Shown: positions 51,291-64,000, counted from the first letter of the stretch. The stretch: 64,000 nucleotides of DNA from Takakia lepidozioides (GCA_030704615.1 CM060734.1:48484001-48548000); one strand, 5' to 3'. Program-made: numbers and translations. The notes: generated by a model from the letters alone, not told the origin.

Positions 51291-53230
51291 GACGGAAGGA
51301 CGGATCCAGGGGACTGTTCAATATCTCCTACAGAAATGTGATCATTTGAATCAGACTGAAGATTGCAGTCAACACTTTCATCTTTCTCTTCCTCGGTTTC
51401 CTCCGTTGTCTCCCGTTGAATAACTCCCTCGAACATTGATTCGTCATTGCCCGGATTTATGAAGGTTCGCACGTCGGAGCCCACATCTGAAATTTGATTC
51501 TCAGATCTCTTCTTGAAGGTTTTTGTTTTTGACAAAACCAGTAATGTGTCTTGGTTTTCTGCTTCGTTGATGTTTACTGGATTGGATTCGACTCCTTGCC
51601 CTCTTACAGATGTCGCCGATGGTCTCAGAACCATCTTTGGCCACCGTGTGCACTCCTATGCACCTTTTTTTTATATTGATAGAACAAAAAATCAACGCAG
51701 GGGAGGCACCGACATAAGTCTATCTCAATACATCGTTATGTTGTGCCTTCACATAGTAACACATAGGAACCTCCACTGGGCAAACGAGGTTCGTGTGGTT
51801 TGTCCTGCCGGAGTTTATGGAGGTCTACTAGAGGTCTAGAGGTCTACGGAGACTAGTCTACTAGAGTAGCGTCTACTAGGCTCGAATATCATAAATTCGA
51901 AAAACCAATCACACAAACCATGATCCTAACCCGCCATAACCCTATCCATAACCCTAATAATCCAGCAGCACCATTAAACCAGGACCACAAACCACCCATA
52001 CCAACCACCCTTACATACCACCATACAAACCACCAGAAGAGAAGCAGCAATGAATTGAAACACCTAAACAGCTTTAATCAATTCAAACTAATTGAAACAG
52101 CTTTGGAACCAACGAATTCAAACAGCTTTGGAACGAATGAATATAAATGAGATGCTCTGCATCAGACAAGACAACACACTCACGAAACGTGACATGCTAG
52201 AAACAAATGGTGTTCTATAACCTCTGGAATGAAAGCGAGTGAGAAAACAGAAGCAAACCTACAACAACGTGGGCGATGCTGACCAACAAGCAGTAAAACA
52301 AAAGCAACAGCAAAACAAAAACAAATCAACAAACAGATCAACAAGCACAGGAACAAACTGAAACAACATAACAACAACAAACCTGCAAAACAAAACAAGC
52401 CAGAGCGAGCCAGAGAGAATCACATCGAACATAAGATAAACGATAAACAAAAAGATTACATGTTGGATGCCTGAGCCATATTGGTGCCCCTGTTGATGAT
52501 CTAAAACGTCTGACCCTTAAGCTTTCACCGCTTTGCTCTCCCCTCCGCTCTGCTTCCCATTCATCCTCATGAAACACCCCGCGGAATCCCGTCTCCCGTC
52601 TGCGCTTGAATCCGCTATCTGCTCCGCTTCCCTCCAGTGGAGAGCAGCTGCGGCGTGAGCGCGCTCACGGTTAGCGCACTAAGTGTGAGCAGATTCCCCT
52701 AATCATGAGCAGATTCCCTTAAGTGTGAGCAGAAGTTAAGCGTGAGCAGAAAGTGGAAGTGGAGCGTATAACCGTGGAAGAAGCAGGGCCTATTGTCGTT
52801 GACGCAAACTTATGTCTATTGGAGGTTTACATGCCATGATGGGACCGAAGGCGCCGACCTCCATGCCAAAAAATGTGGGATGAATGTGTACGAAGAACTT
52901 CTCGATGAAGTAAGCAAGTATGAATGGGTTCAGGGAAATGGATGAATAAAATGGATGATGTTGGATGACAAAGGGTGGATGAATGTAGCACGAATGAGTT
53001 TAATATAATAGCTTGTAAGAAAACATTCATGACATTCATCATTTTCATAACAGTCATGGAGTATCATCTCATTCATTCATCTCATAGAAAGTGAATACAT
53101 AAGCCAATTCTGCAAAACAATCATTGATCTCATTCAAGAAAGTGTTCCCGTTATCCAACACTAAGCTAGATACAAGTCGACCTGGTTGGAACAGAAACAT
53201 GCATTGAAAAACAACATTGAGAAGAAATCC

Positions 53231-55620
53231 TCATTGCAAAACAACATTGATCTCATTCAAAAATGCATCCTTGAAGCAAACGTACCCATCTCCAAAGTCC
53301 GATACCCAGATTTGAGTAACAATGACAAGGAGGGCAAACGGGTAGAGTTTGTAATGCAAATCCAGACTACATCTCAATTTGTACCCGAAGTATCTCTTGT
53401 AGCAGTGTGTGAACGTCGCTGGTCCAATCGTACATTGGTGAATGTACGTATCTCGTTTTGGATCGCAAAACATTCTCCGAATATAGATGTAGTACAAATG
53501 CTTGCACGAGACAAATTTCACTCTCTTGCCAAGAGAACTTGAGAGCGTGTTCTGAAAGTCCGGACAAGTGCAATTAGGGAATTGAAATCGCCAAATAGTA
53601 ATCTCATAGGTCCGGTCATGAACAACTGATCCAGAGGTCGCCATGGTGTACACCCGCCCATACCTGGCAAAGAACATTCACAATTTGGGTGACGTAACAT
53701 GCAGGGTTCTAGCAGAGTCCATCTTGCACTCATTGTCTGCACCAGCCTCAACCAAACGTACCGCTTTTCCATCCCTTTTTGTGGGCCTATCATTGCCAGG
53801 TCGAGGACGTGCCGTAAAGTTGGAAGGGAAAGCCATTGGGTCAACTAGTGTTACGACAGGAGGGGCTCTTGGAAGGCGAAACCCGCCCTCCTCTAGCATG
53901 TCAATCTCCAGTTTGGAGAGTGCGGTTCCAAACTTCACTGGCCACACGGCTGGATTTGAGGCTTCATTATCACAGATTCCCGAACAGTCCCCATGACACA
54001 GCGCACAATGTCATCCGGGCAGAACCAAAACTTGTGAGGCCTAGACTCCCGCGACTTGGTAATGCTGCTTGAACAAACGGTGAATGTCGGGGCAAGAGTT
54101 CCGCAAGTCACTTTGGAAATTTGGGACTTGCACTTCTAGAACGAGGGGGCCCTAATAGCGACACATTTTACTTTTGATCCATGGGGAGTCCGTTCGATAT
54201 GCCACATTGCGTCTGTACAGTCTGACTTCTAACCGGCAGCGTGTTCTCCCTTCACCACCGGGAACTGTGGTGGTTGGAGACTCCTGAGGGAACGAAGGCA
54301 AAGAAGACTCCCCCACAAAGGGGGTGGCACCCACGAAAGTGGGGGGCACAGGCACACGTGGTACTGAAAAGTTCCCAATCGTGGCGGTGTGAATGTGCAT
54401 CCGAGCCTGGTGGGGTGTCAAGTTTTCTTTTGCACGAACCAAACCTCTCCTCTCCTTCCAGATGTGCAAGCCGTGACTGCAATGGTGTTCCCATTGTGCA
54501 CTCGTTCACAGCCCGTGTCATCTTAGTAGGGTCTTTCAATCTGTTTGCAGCCCTGAGCAGCAACTCTGCCCTGTCTGGCCGCTTGCCTGTACCCCATCCC
54601 CGAAGGAATCCCAGTACCGTGTTTGTTGCAAGAGCGCGCGGATCATGTCATCAGCTGTGGCAACGTACAGATCCCGCCCATTCTCTTCCCGGATTGCTTC
54701 ATCCAAACACTGTGCACTGTCTCCGAAAGATTGCAGGAGGGCATGTCCGCAATATCCTCAAGCGACATATCCTGTCAGCCACCAGGTTATGCAATGAGTT
54801 TTCATGTTTTGAGTGTAGTTTTACTGGACAAGAGCAGGCATCAAAGTGAAGAAACAAAACCCTCTAACTCCTGGAACTTACTGTTGTCATGAACCCCCCC
54901 CACTGTCTGTATCGGAAATGCCAAAACCAAAACCAGTCGTCCAGCTCTTTGAGGCCTTCCTGGCTTGATGCATCCGAGGAGTCCACCATGCTCGGATAGT
55001 TTTGATACAGGGATTTTGCCTCGTGGTCCGTCCTTGCATCTTTGTACTAGCAGCATAGTCTCCTGTGCTCGTCCTGCAATTCCACTTTTATGCAACTCTT
55101 TGTATGCCTTCGAAGGGACTGCGTCCAATGAAAGAGACAAGTGCGCTCCCTACCTTCCATAGGTGTTTTGGGGTCTCCAGATCCAAACACACACCGTACT
55201 GCATTCCAGTTTGCCTGGGCACTGTCAGCCATGAATCCATTGAAGTTTGGATCAGGCACACCATTCAAATTCATGACGTTCACAAGAGACCTCTACATCA
55301 GAATTTGAGATTGTGTGTCTTCGGATTGCATGTCGCAAATGGCTATAGTCATTACTCTTTGGTAAGTGGGATCATACACATGACAAGCCATGGTTGTCCA
55401 CTCTTTAACACATTTGACATGGTCGAACATGAGCCATGATTTCTGCAGATCGCCTCTAGGTTGCATTCTTTGGACCAGGCTAACTCCACTACCCTCCCCC
55501 ACCGTGGACATTTTGAATAAGTACACTTTCAAGGATCCCTGGCCTGGAAAGACACTATCTTGAATAAAGTCATATTTGCTTCTACGCTTCAAGTCCAAAA
55601 TGCTATCAAGAGGACCTCTG
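53231..55620 (-). mobile_element. Mutator-superfamily (MULE-like) DDE transposase with a C-terminal SWIM zinc finger, degenerate and 5'-truncated
   Basis: Motifs WLMFDHVK (D1), FMADSAQANWNAV (D2), CLFH (CxxH), CNLSETVH (E) and SWIM FPNCTCPDF...CKHLYYI. It has an intron at ~54880-54772, in-frame stops (e.g. ~55293) and frameshifts. Confidence 0.75.
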
Positions 55621-55673
55621 TTCTATATAATCTAGATACAAAGTTAGGCTAGTGCACAAGTGAGGCGTCAGGG

Positions 55674-56103
55674 CATGTCCAGCGCCACTATTTTTCATTT
55701 TTAGCACATGTCGGGAGGGCAATGTCGACTTGGCATGACAACCTCGACAATTAGTGCTAAATTTAAAAGAATTGGCCGGATGATGTGCGGACGGATTGCA
55801 AGGTTGTTGAGCAAGGGATCACAGATTTCTTTTTCTCCGAAAACAATACGATTGATGAATATGAGGACCTCATTGCAGACGCTGGCATGTTTCACAATGA
55901 GGCTTGCAATCAGTTTTCTTTTAACAATGCTCACTTCACATTGCGTACTAAAATCTACAACATTATTATGTAATGCAAAGTTTGAATTTTGCGGCAGAGC
56001 ATATCCAGCCCCAAGGGCCGGCCACTATTTTTCATTTTTTAGAACATGTCGGTAGGGATGTGTCGACTTGGCATTGACAACCTCGACCTCTAGCAAATTA
56101 GTG
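55674..56103. repeat. Two ~90-bp direct repeats (55674-55757 and ~56000-56103); the Gypsy LTR abuts the second copy
   Basis: GCCACTATTTTTCATTTTT.AG.ACATGTCGG.AGGG...TGTCGACTTGGCAT.GACAACCTCGAC...AATTAGTG occurs in both copies. Confidence 0.8.
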
Positions 56104-59100
56104 TGTCGCGGCCATTTTGCCTTGAGGGCAGGGGGTCGGGACACAAGAGGGGCTGCCCCTTTGGTGGGGCAGTGGCAGCGATAGGTAATGGGGGTTGCGC
56201 CCCTTGAGTGGCCCAAAGCACTCAGGAGGCGGAGGCGCTCAATAGGTGGAGCCCCGCACACCGGGTTTGCGGTGGGGGTGCTCCACAAGGGGTGGTGGTA
56301 GCTTAGCGGGACTTAGTGGGGGTGGCATAGGACTCACCCTGGGGCGAGACCTCGTGGTGGGAGTCGTGGGGAGTCTGGGACTCACCGGTCCATAGGGGCC
56401 GTGGTGAGGGGCCAGACGCACCGCGACTCATCACCGGGAGTCGAGGTGTTCGTGGTGGTTCGCCATAAAATGGCATGGTTGTTTGTGAACCCCCGCAGAC
56501 AGCTACAGAAGTATATATAGGAGTAGTAACCCCGAGAACGTACAAAGCCCGTTGGTGACCAAAAGCTAGTGAGTAAGCGAGCGAGCCGAAAGCGACCAAA
56601 GAGTGGGGAGCTGTTCCGGACTGCCAACTACCAAAGGGAATTCCGCTGGTTTCTAAATCGTTGGAGGGTTCTTTGGGCGATCAGGGGGGGACCGTTATGT
56701 CCCGGTGAGCAGCCGAAGCTCCAAGTTGGCCCGGCGGCCAGGTTGGGATTAGGCGCGCGCATCAAGCGAGTAACTATGACTTGAGGGGGAGCTTACCGAA
56801 GTGAGGTGCGCGACACTTGGTATCAGAGCTTAGTTCAGTACGCGATCGTCATTGGGATTGGCCTCATCATTGGGTCGGGCAAGCCAAAGCGAAAGCGGAA
56901 CGGCCCCAAAGATGATGATCTGGTGACCCGATGGGGCGACGTGTCACCGAGGCGGCCGTTTGAGGAAGCGATGCATATGTTCCGAAAACGAGGCCGCTCA
57001 AGAGCGGGAAGGACATCTGAGGAGTCGGAGCCTGAGGAATCCTTGAGAGCTCCGACCGACCAACAGATGCCTCCCATCCGGCACGCCTTTTGGGAAGGGT
57101 TGTTGGCGCATTTGCGGGACGTTGAAGACGTGTTGAAGGCGACTAATTACCACTTCCACTAAGGCAAAGTTTAAGGTGAAGCCGAAGGAACCCGGCACCT
57201 TCGAGGCGTCCGAAATTGGAAGGCATTCAACACACCTCGCTCTTGGAGCTGGATGCAGTACTATCCGGGCGGCCAAGTTGAGTACGAGGATCGGGTGGAA
57301 TTGGCTCCCACCTATTTGAGGGGCTCTGCTCACAATGGTGGCAGAAACGCCTTCACGACCGAGGTCCCAAGCCCGGAAACCTTGAACTGGAGTGGGTTCA
57401 AGGAATTGATGAAGAGGCAGTTTGTGCCCCTCAACCCGTCCTGGCTCGCCCGGGACAAGATGAGGATTTGAAGCAAACAGATGACATTCGGGATATGTCC
57501 AGGCTTTCAATGTGCTGTTGCTCGAAGTCGCGGACATGGCAGAACCAGAAATGGTCTTCAACTTTGTGGCAGGACTGGCCCCATGGGCCAGGCGGAAGTT
57601 GGAGGAGAAGCCACCTAAGACTTTGAACGAGGCAATTGAGAGGGTTGAATGTTTCTCGGATGTCCCTAAGGGTGAAAGACAAGGCCGTACAGGGCTGAAC
57701 CACAAGAAGACCCGGCGGGAAGGTGACTCATTCCAACCGGAAAAGAAGTGGGATAGGCCACGCGACAACAATGGCACGTGGAAATCGAAGGGAGGGCCTT
57801 CACAAGTCAAGGCGGCACCCGGTGCTTCGAAAGGAAAAGCGGGTGGAGCGGCTTATGGCGGACAGAAGGCGACCTTTGATGGAGTATGTTTCAATTGCGG
57901 GGAACCCGGGCACATGGCCAAAAAGTGCACGAAGCCCCGGCAATTGAACATGACTCGGGTGACCACAGAGCTGTCGGAAGATACCATCAGTCGCTTGGTG
58001 GAAGCGGTGGTCGCCAGGACTTGCAAGGTAGGCAAATTTTCTTGTGAGTTGTATCGGAAAACTGGCGCCTTACGTAAAGGGAGTCAGTTATTGTTCGTGG
58101 ATGGGATAATATCCGGAACTAACGTGTCGTTGTTGGTGGACACATGAGCGTCGCACTCCTTCATGACACTAGCAACATCACAAAAGCTGGGACTCCCGAC
58201 AAGTGACGTGGGGGCCTCTATTGAGGTGCGTTCTGCCAAAGGAGAACCGCAATTGACGACAAGGTTGGCGTTTGATGTTCCTCTTCAACTGGGGAGTTGG
58301 GAGGGACGTGAGAACTTCACCATCTGCGAGATCGATGGAGTGGATCTCATTTTGGGGATGACCTTTGAGCAAATCCGGAGCGGTCATAGATGGCCGCAAG
58401 AGAGTAGTCACGCTGCCATGTGGGAATGGTGGCGAGGTCTTACGAGTGTCGGAAACGCCCAAACCCGTGTGGGAGGGCGAAATAAACCTCCTGTCAGCAA
58501 GGGGTGGGCCGTGGAGGAGGCACACGAGCCCCAGTTTTTGCTCTATATTAGAGAAGTGAAGGGAAAAGGCGATGGGGAGCCGAGCCCAGATTGGATCAAG
58601 GGGATTTTGGAGAAATACCAGGATGTGATGCCGGAGGATTTACCAAGCGGCTTGCACCGCAAAGAGGAGTTGACCACAAGATTGAGGTGATACCGGGATC
58701 GGAACCGCCTGCCAAGGCGCCTACCGGTTGAGCCACAGAGAGTTGGTCGAACTGAAGACTCAGCTCAAAGATCTAATGTCAAAGGGGTACATCCGGCCCA
58801 GTAAGTCACCTTACGGAGCCCCGGTGCTATTCGCGACAAGAAGGATGGGACGCTACGGATGTGTGTCGATTACAGGGCTTTGAACAAGGTGACTATAAAA
58901 AACCGGTACCATTTGCCAAGGATCGACGACCTTTTCGATCGGTTGGCAGGAGCGAAGTATTTCAGCCGGATCGATCTGCGCTCCGGCTATCATCAAATTC
59001 GAGTGGCAGAAGGAGATGAGGAGAAGACCGCGTGTAGGACAAGGTATGGTTCATATGAGTTCTTGGTGATGCCTTTTGGACTCACCAACGCTCCCGCGAC

Positions 59101-59940
59101 CTTTAGCACGCTGATGAACAGCCTTTCCCAGGAGTGGTTGGATGACTTTGTGATCGTGTACATCGACGACATCTTGGTGTATTCGAAAACAAAGGAGGAG
59201 CACCTGGAGCACCTCAAAAGGGTGTTCCAGAAATTGAGGGAAGGGAAGCTGTATGCCAAAGCTTCAAAGTGCGAATTCGGGGTCACAAAAGTGGAGTTCC
59301 TGGGGCATGTGATTACACAAGATGGGATCAGAATGGATGACAGGTAGGTGAGGGCAATCTTGGACTGGGAGCCTCCGACTTCGGTCCCGGGAGTGTGATC
59401 CTCCTAGGACTCGCCTCCTACTACCGGAAGTATGTGAGAAATTTCGCCAAGATCGCGGGGCCGCTGTCAGACCTTCTGTGTAAATCCAAAGTCTGGGCAT
59501 GGAACACTTTTTGTGGCCAAGCTTTTGCTGAATTGAAGCAGCGGATGGCGGAAGCTCCAGTCTTGAAAATCCCGGAGTTCGATCGTCCGTTCGAGATTCA
59601 TACAGATGCGTCGGACTTCGCGATTGGGGGTGTACTGATGCAAGATGGACGCCCAGTGACTTACGAAAGTAAGAAACTGAATGAAGTGGAGCGACGGTGG
59701 CCGACGCACGAGAAAGAGATGAAGGCGTTGGTGCACTGTCTTGAGCTTTGGCGCCACTATGTTGGTTCCAACCCAGTGAAGGTGTTCACGGACAATGTCA
59801 CGGTGAAGTATTTTGCCACGCAGCCCAAGTTGTCCCCAAAACAACTTAGGTGACAAGATACTTTGGCGGTGTTCGACGTGGATATCCAGTACAAACCGGG
59901 ACGGGACAACATGGTGGCCGATGCCTTAAGTAGAAAGCAG
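56104..59940 (+). mobile_element. Ty3/Gypsy LTR retrotransposon: 5' LTR, gag, protease, RT and RNase H; 3'-truncated (no integrase or 3' LTR)
   Basis: LTR 56104-56815 with inverted ends TGTCGCG...CGCGACA, and a PBS. Gag zinc knuckle CFNCGEPGHMAKKC, protease [48 protein letters not shown], RNase H TDASDFAIGGVL..ADALSRK. There are multiple stops and frameshifts. Confidence 0.95.
56818..56829 (+). promoter_or_regulatory. Primer-binding site complementary to the initiator tRNA-Met 3' end
   Basis: TGGTATCAGAGC lies 2 nt after the LTR end. Confidence 0.95.
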
Positions 59941-61089
59941 AGTCAATTTAGTATCTTCATCTCCACCTAATTTTGCTCTCTTGGTATTAGTTATTGTACC
60001 TTCGCTAGCACCCGAAGAAAGAATTTGCTAACTTGTGGCTTGTTGTTAACCAAATAGCTGCACATTCACCACAACATGCACCTATATAGGACTGGTGGTG
60101 ATATAAATCTGCACTCTAAAAGACTGTCCACACATGCTTACAAATGAGATATCAGTAGACACACTTTTGATGGCGGGTGCTAAAGACAACTGTCTCACCA
60201 AGCTGACTTGACCAGGCCACGGTACTTCATCTCGGTACCCAACCATCCTCATTTCTACTGTGTAAGCAACAAGGGAGAAAATCTCACTTATAGAACCAGG
60301 CATACTGGTGAGGGTTCAGCTCAGATAGTTGGGCCATCATTGTCTTCTCAGCTTTGATTGTGAAATAGTCCAGCAAATGCTACACGAACGAGCCAATACC
60401 ACACTCAGTCAACACCATCCTCTGGAAACCTTCATATATAACACTGAAAATAGTGCTTTACAAGCTCCCTTGTATGCTCATTGAATTAAAAATCACAATG
60501 CTCAGTCTTACTGACCTATATCTAAATTGCACAATCACATGACATACTGGAGCCAAGCTTAGGAAGTAGACCCGAAAACTAAAATGTTCAACTGAATCAA
60601 AGGTCATCTCTAGACCTCATGCACGATTTTGGGCAACAGCAGCTTGACAATGAAAATTCCCTTTGGACCCATTCATGCTCTGGCACAACACAACTTCTGC
60701 TCTACATTGCACAGTAAGCGATAAGCCTCTAAGGCTTAAGAACCTCAGACAACCCTTAGAAACGAGGCCAAGGAGAAGAGAGATTAGCGCAAACAACCTT
60801 CTCCACATCGTCAAAAATCTCCTCATATTGTCCTCCAAGTTCATCCACAACCAACGGTGCATGATGGCCACTCGAACAGGCAGGAACCATGTGCACCAAC
60901 ACACATGCACTGGTGCGGCAGTCTTGCCATGCCTGCATCAGCGTATTTTGCAGCTGAAGCCGCCCTCGTCTTCTCCGTTGTCCCACATACTGTTGAGGTA
61001 CATATACCTTCGCGGCAGCCACTCCGCAAGCACTGGACGATGGTGCGGTCTCAGAGCTCCCACTTGTGCCACATCTGCAAGCCCTCCCT

Positions 61090-61552
61090 GAAATAGGTTG
61101 AAGAAGAAGGTGCCCTCACTATATTGTCATCGACCTTGTGTCATGACCCATGGAGGATTTGACTGAACCCAAGAGGACTCTTTATGTGTGCTGCTTGTGT
61201 CTGTAGTTAGGTAATGTCGGATTGATATGTGAGAACCACCACGGTGCAGCTGAGCCGACAGAGATTGAAACACGGCCTGCTCCAACCACCACAGATCCAC
61301 ACAATGAGCTATTCAATACGCAAATTCAGGGCCGAGTCTGATGAGAGGGCAAAACAGGATGAAATAGGTTGAAGAAGAGGGTGCCCTCACCACATTGTCC
61401 TCGACCTTGTGCCGTGACCCATGGAGGATTTGACTGACCATGAACCCAAGATGACCTCTTGTGTGTGCTGCTTGTCTGTAGTCAGGTAATGTCGGATTGG
61501 TCTGTGAGAAGCACCACGGTGCTTAGCGGGCAGAGATTGAAACACGGCCTGC
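61090..61552. repeat. Direct duplication of ~190 bp (about 61090-61281 and 61361-61552)
   Basis: GAAATAGGTTGAAGAAGA.GGTGCCCTCAC...GACCCATGGAGGATTTGACTGA...CAGAGATTGAAACACGGCCTGCT occurs twice. Confidence 0.85.
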
Positions 61553-62029
61553 TAAGACCAAGCTGACTCTCCCAAGAACCTTGTAAACATCGGGAAGAAT
61601 ACCAAATCATGGTACTAACAGGAGCCAAGAGCCCACATTTGCAGGATGGACAAACTTCTCCACGTCGTACATTAAGAAAATCCCACACCTTGCGATTGTG
61701 GTTGTCCCACCATCGTGAAGGATCTTTGCGAAACTCATGTCAGCTCTGCTCCGTGCTCCAAGGTAGAGGTTTGTGCTCGAAAATTCGACAGCATCAACAT
61801 TTTGACAAGGTCCTTTACTGAGGGGTGCCAGTGAACTTTCAACAACATTCATGCAAGTTGTTTTGGGCTCCATTGGGCTCTACACGATGAGGAACAACGA
61901 ACATGTCCAGACTTACACAGATGCTACAAGTATGAGACCTATAGTACCCGCTTCACCAAAAGATGCCAAAGCCCTGCAATGTGCCCACGATTTATCCAAC
62001 ATTACTGTGAGCAAACCTTGGCTAGGGCT

Positions 62030-62190
62030 GCCTTGATGGCTTCACCCCTTCCTGTATCATCATCTGATCGAAGATCTCTAAAGCCCTCCTTATGACACCC
62101 ATGTTGAGCATATCCTGCGACCGATTCACTCCACGAACTATTTTGTCAAACACATGACGGGCATCCTTCTCCCGTCCCCAAACATCACCG
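62030..62190 (-). pseudogene. Isolated degenerate PLS-PPR fragment (S-P motif junction)
   Basis: The minus strand reads KDARHVFDK.., then with frameshifts AGYAQHG..RALEIFDQM..QEGVKP, similar to repeats of the DYW gene at 20-22 kb. Confidence 0.6.
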
Positions 62191-63036
62191 AAAGCAGAAG
62201 CTGGCAGCCCCCTTCAAAGCCTACCCACTGCACTACCCAGCACATGTCAAAATATAACAAGAACAAGAACAACAGTCAGTCACTCCTCACAAATCGTCTA
62301 AGTGATTGTGAACTAAAAAGCAAGAACCCTAAAATTTGAACTTGAATACTTTATATTTCAACTAAATAATATTACTATTATTTTGGAAATTGCTGCCGTG
62401 GAAAGAGAATAGAGAACTAAACCACTCCGGAGCAGCCACGTGTCTTTTCCAAGGTCCTTTACTGAGGGGTGCTAGTGAGCTTCAGTATGCAATATGTCAC
62501 CATAGGATCCATTGGCCTGCCGCTATGACCTCCACATTTTGCCTTTCTTCTTGACTAACCGGAGCATCCCCTCGATCGCCACCCTGTTAGGCTCTCCGAG
62601 TGGGAAGAAGAGTGGGGGCGTTCTTGAAAAGTACCGAATGACATAGGTGGATGAAATCATCCAAATCCTTGTATGTAATGAAATCATCCATCAATGGATT
62701 TTCATAAGAGTCATGCAAATGACCTTATCTTGGTCAAAAGGAGTTGATTACACCAATCTAAAAATTTAGAGTCATCTGCATTATTATTTAGAGTCATGTG
62801 CGTGACCCATGATCACGACTCTAGTCCAGTGAAACGACGTTGACCGGGATAGAGGCATATACACGACCCTTTTTGGTCATTTTCGGTCATACCCACCACA
62901 TTTTCGGTCATACCAGTCACTAAAATGCATGGTGAGTGTCACTAAATCTGTGAACAAGTGGAATAAAGGGGACCTGGGTAGCTATGACTTGATCCATTGG
63001 CGTAAGAGTGGTCCTTTCTGAACTGGCAGAGTTACA

Positions 63037-63900
63037 TTACACGAGTAAAGCGGCAAAATTATCAGCAACTTGTGTAGAGAAGAGGTCTCGAAGTCGTGAA
63101 GAACCGGTGGAGCACTCGTAGAAAATTCGAGCAATGTCGACCATCTCCAATTCTTGCGGTTGCACCATTGCCTTCCAGATAGAACCAGCTATGTGGAAAT
63201 CCATTCCACTATTTTTGTAGGGCACCACCCATGCAGTTGCAGGGTAAAATTGACCGGATTTTAGCATGCTCAGTAACACAAACGACAAATTATCGGCGAG
63301 CTGCCTGCGCATTTTGTATTTGCTCCACATTTGTGCACACTCCAATACATTCTGGTGTGTGAGGCATACATGGTTCTTTGTCGAGGACGCACCGTATCTG
63401 GATATACAAATCTAGACCTTCCTGCATCTGGTTGGCACTTACATTTCTATGGACAAATATGAAACCTGGTTTATTGGCATTTTTTAGACAATAACCAACC
63501 ATGCCCGTAAAAGTATGAAGCCCTTTACCACAAAGTGCTTTATAGTGGACAAGATGTCCGGGTGGTGCAAGCCTCGGGGTATCCCACCCAAGAGACTTTT
63601 TGATAAGCTTGTTTAACATAATTAAACTTGATACATACAATCTACAGACCATTTGCAAATGCAAATGGAACAAACTGTCACCTCTTTCAAGCGCACATAA
63701 GCTAGAAATGCAGCGGGTAGCAATAAACTCTTCCATTTTCTGTAAGGATGTGACGTCGATATCTGCTCCACCCACGCCGATAATAACACTTGAACTTCTG
63801 CACCCTCCGCCACCTTGTCTTTCCCTCTTGCAGCCACTTTGATCCTACCTGCCATACTTGGCCCGACCCCCAACATAGCAAACAACTACTCACGCTGGCT
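63037..63900 (-). mobile_element. Replitron HUH-endonuclease transposase (HUH/Y1 domain and C-terminal domain), frameshifted; the element may continue beyond the window
   Basis: Motif I SVIIGVGGADID, HUH motif LERGDSLFHLHLQ (~63659-63667), and catalytic YxxK motif GLHTFTGMVGYCLK (~63482-63493). A 1-bp shift at ~63397 leads into YGASSTKNHVCLTHQNVLECAQMW..MLKSGQFYPATAWV..IWKAMVQP..DIARIFY. No helicase domain follows. Confidence 0.8.
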
Positions 63901-64000
63901 CCGGCTCTCAAACCACTAATGAGACACGCTACTAGTGCATGTGCCAGCATGTTGAAGACACAAGTTACAAGCAACTAGTCAATTGCTTGTCACCGGACCG

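Noticed and set aside
51134-51634. 166-aa acidic ORF
   Set aside because: It is low-complexity and runs into transposon-like subterminal repeats, so no family can be assigned.
61060-61080. Similarity to the DYW gene's N-terminal extension (TGTGCCACATCTG also at ~22891)
   Set aside because: The match is only ~13 nt and does not extend, consistent with chance.

Overview
This is eukaryotic nuclear DNA from a non-seed land plant, probably a bryophyte or lycophyte. That call is inferred from the spliceosomal introns, a PLS-DYW PPR gene, a P5B-like ATPase and a Replitron. Three genes look intact: a plastid-type uncharacterised protein (5.6-6.6 kb), an EMB1417/At4g21190-like P-class PPR gene with a GC-AG intron (9.3-11.3 kb), and a single-ORF PLS-E-DYW RNA-editing factor (19.9-23.0 kb). 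Three genes look damaged: a NEET copy lacking its CDGSH motif, its head-to-head neighbour, and a ~19 kb multi-exon P5B-like ATPase with a signal peptide and Cys-containing ectodomain (25.1-44.1 kb). The transposon load is heavy: two L1 3' fragments, a TA-flanked Tc1/mariner-type MITE, a 3.5 kb RTE-X-like LINE with a 9-bp TSD, about a dozen (TTTCA)n-tailed LINE 3' stubs confined to the ATPase introns, two Ty3/Gypsy remnants, Mutator/SWIM transposase remnants, a tRNA-headed SINE-like sequence, and a Replitron HUH transposase at the right edge. The most unexplained structure is an array of about nine 34-50 bp palindromes separated by A/T tracts (46.0-46.9 kb) and bracketed by diverged inverted repeats. 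All homology calls are from motif recognition only; no database searches were run.
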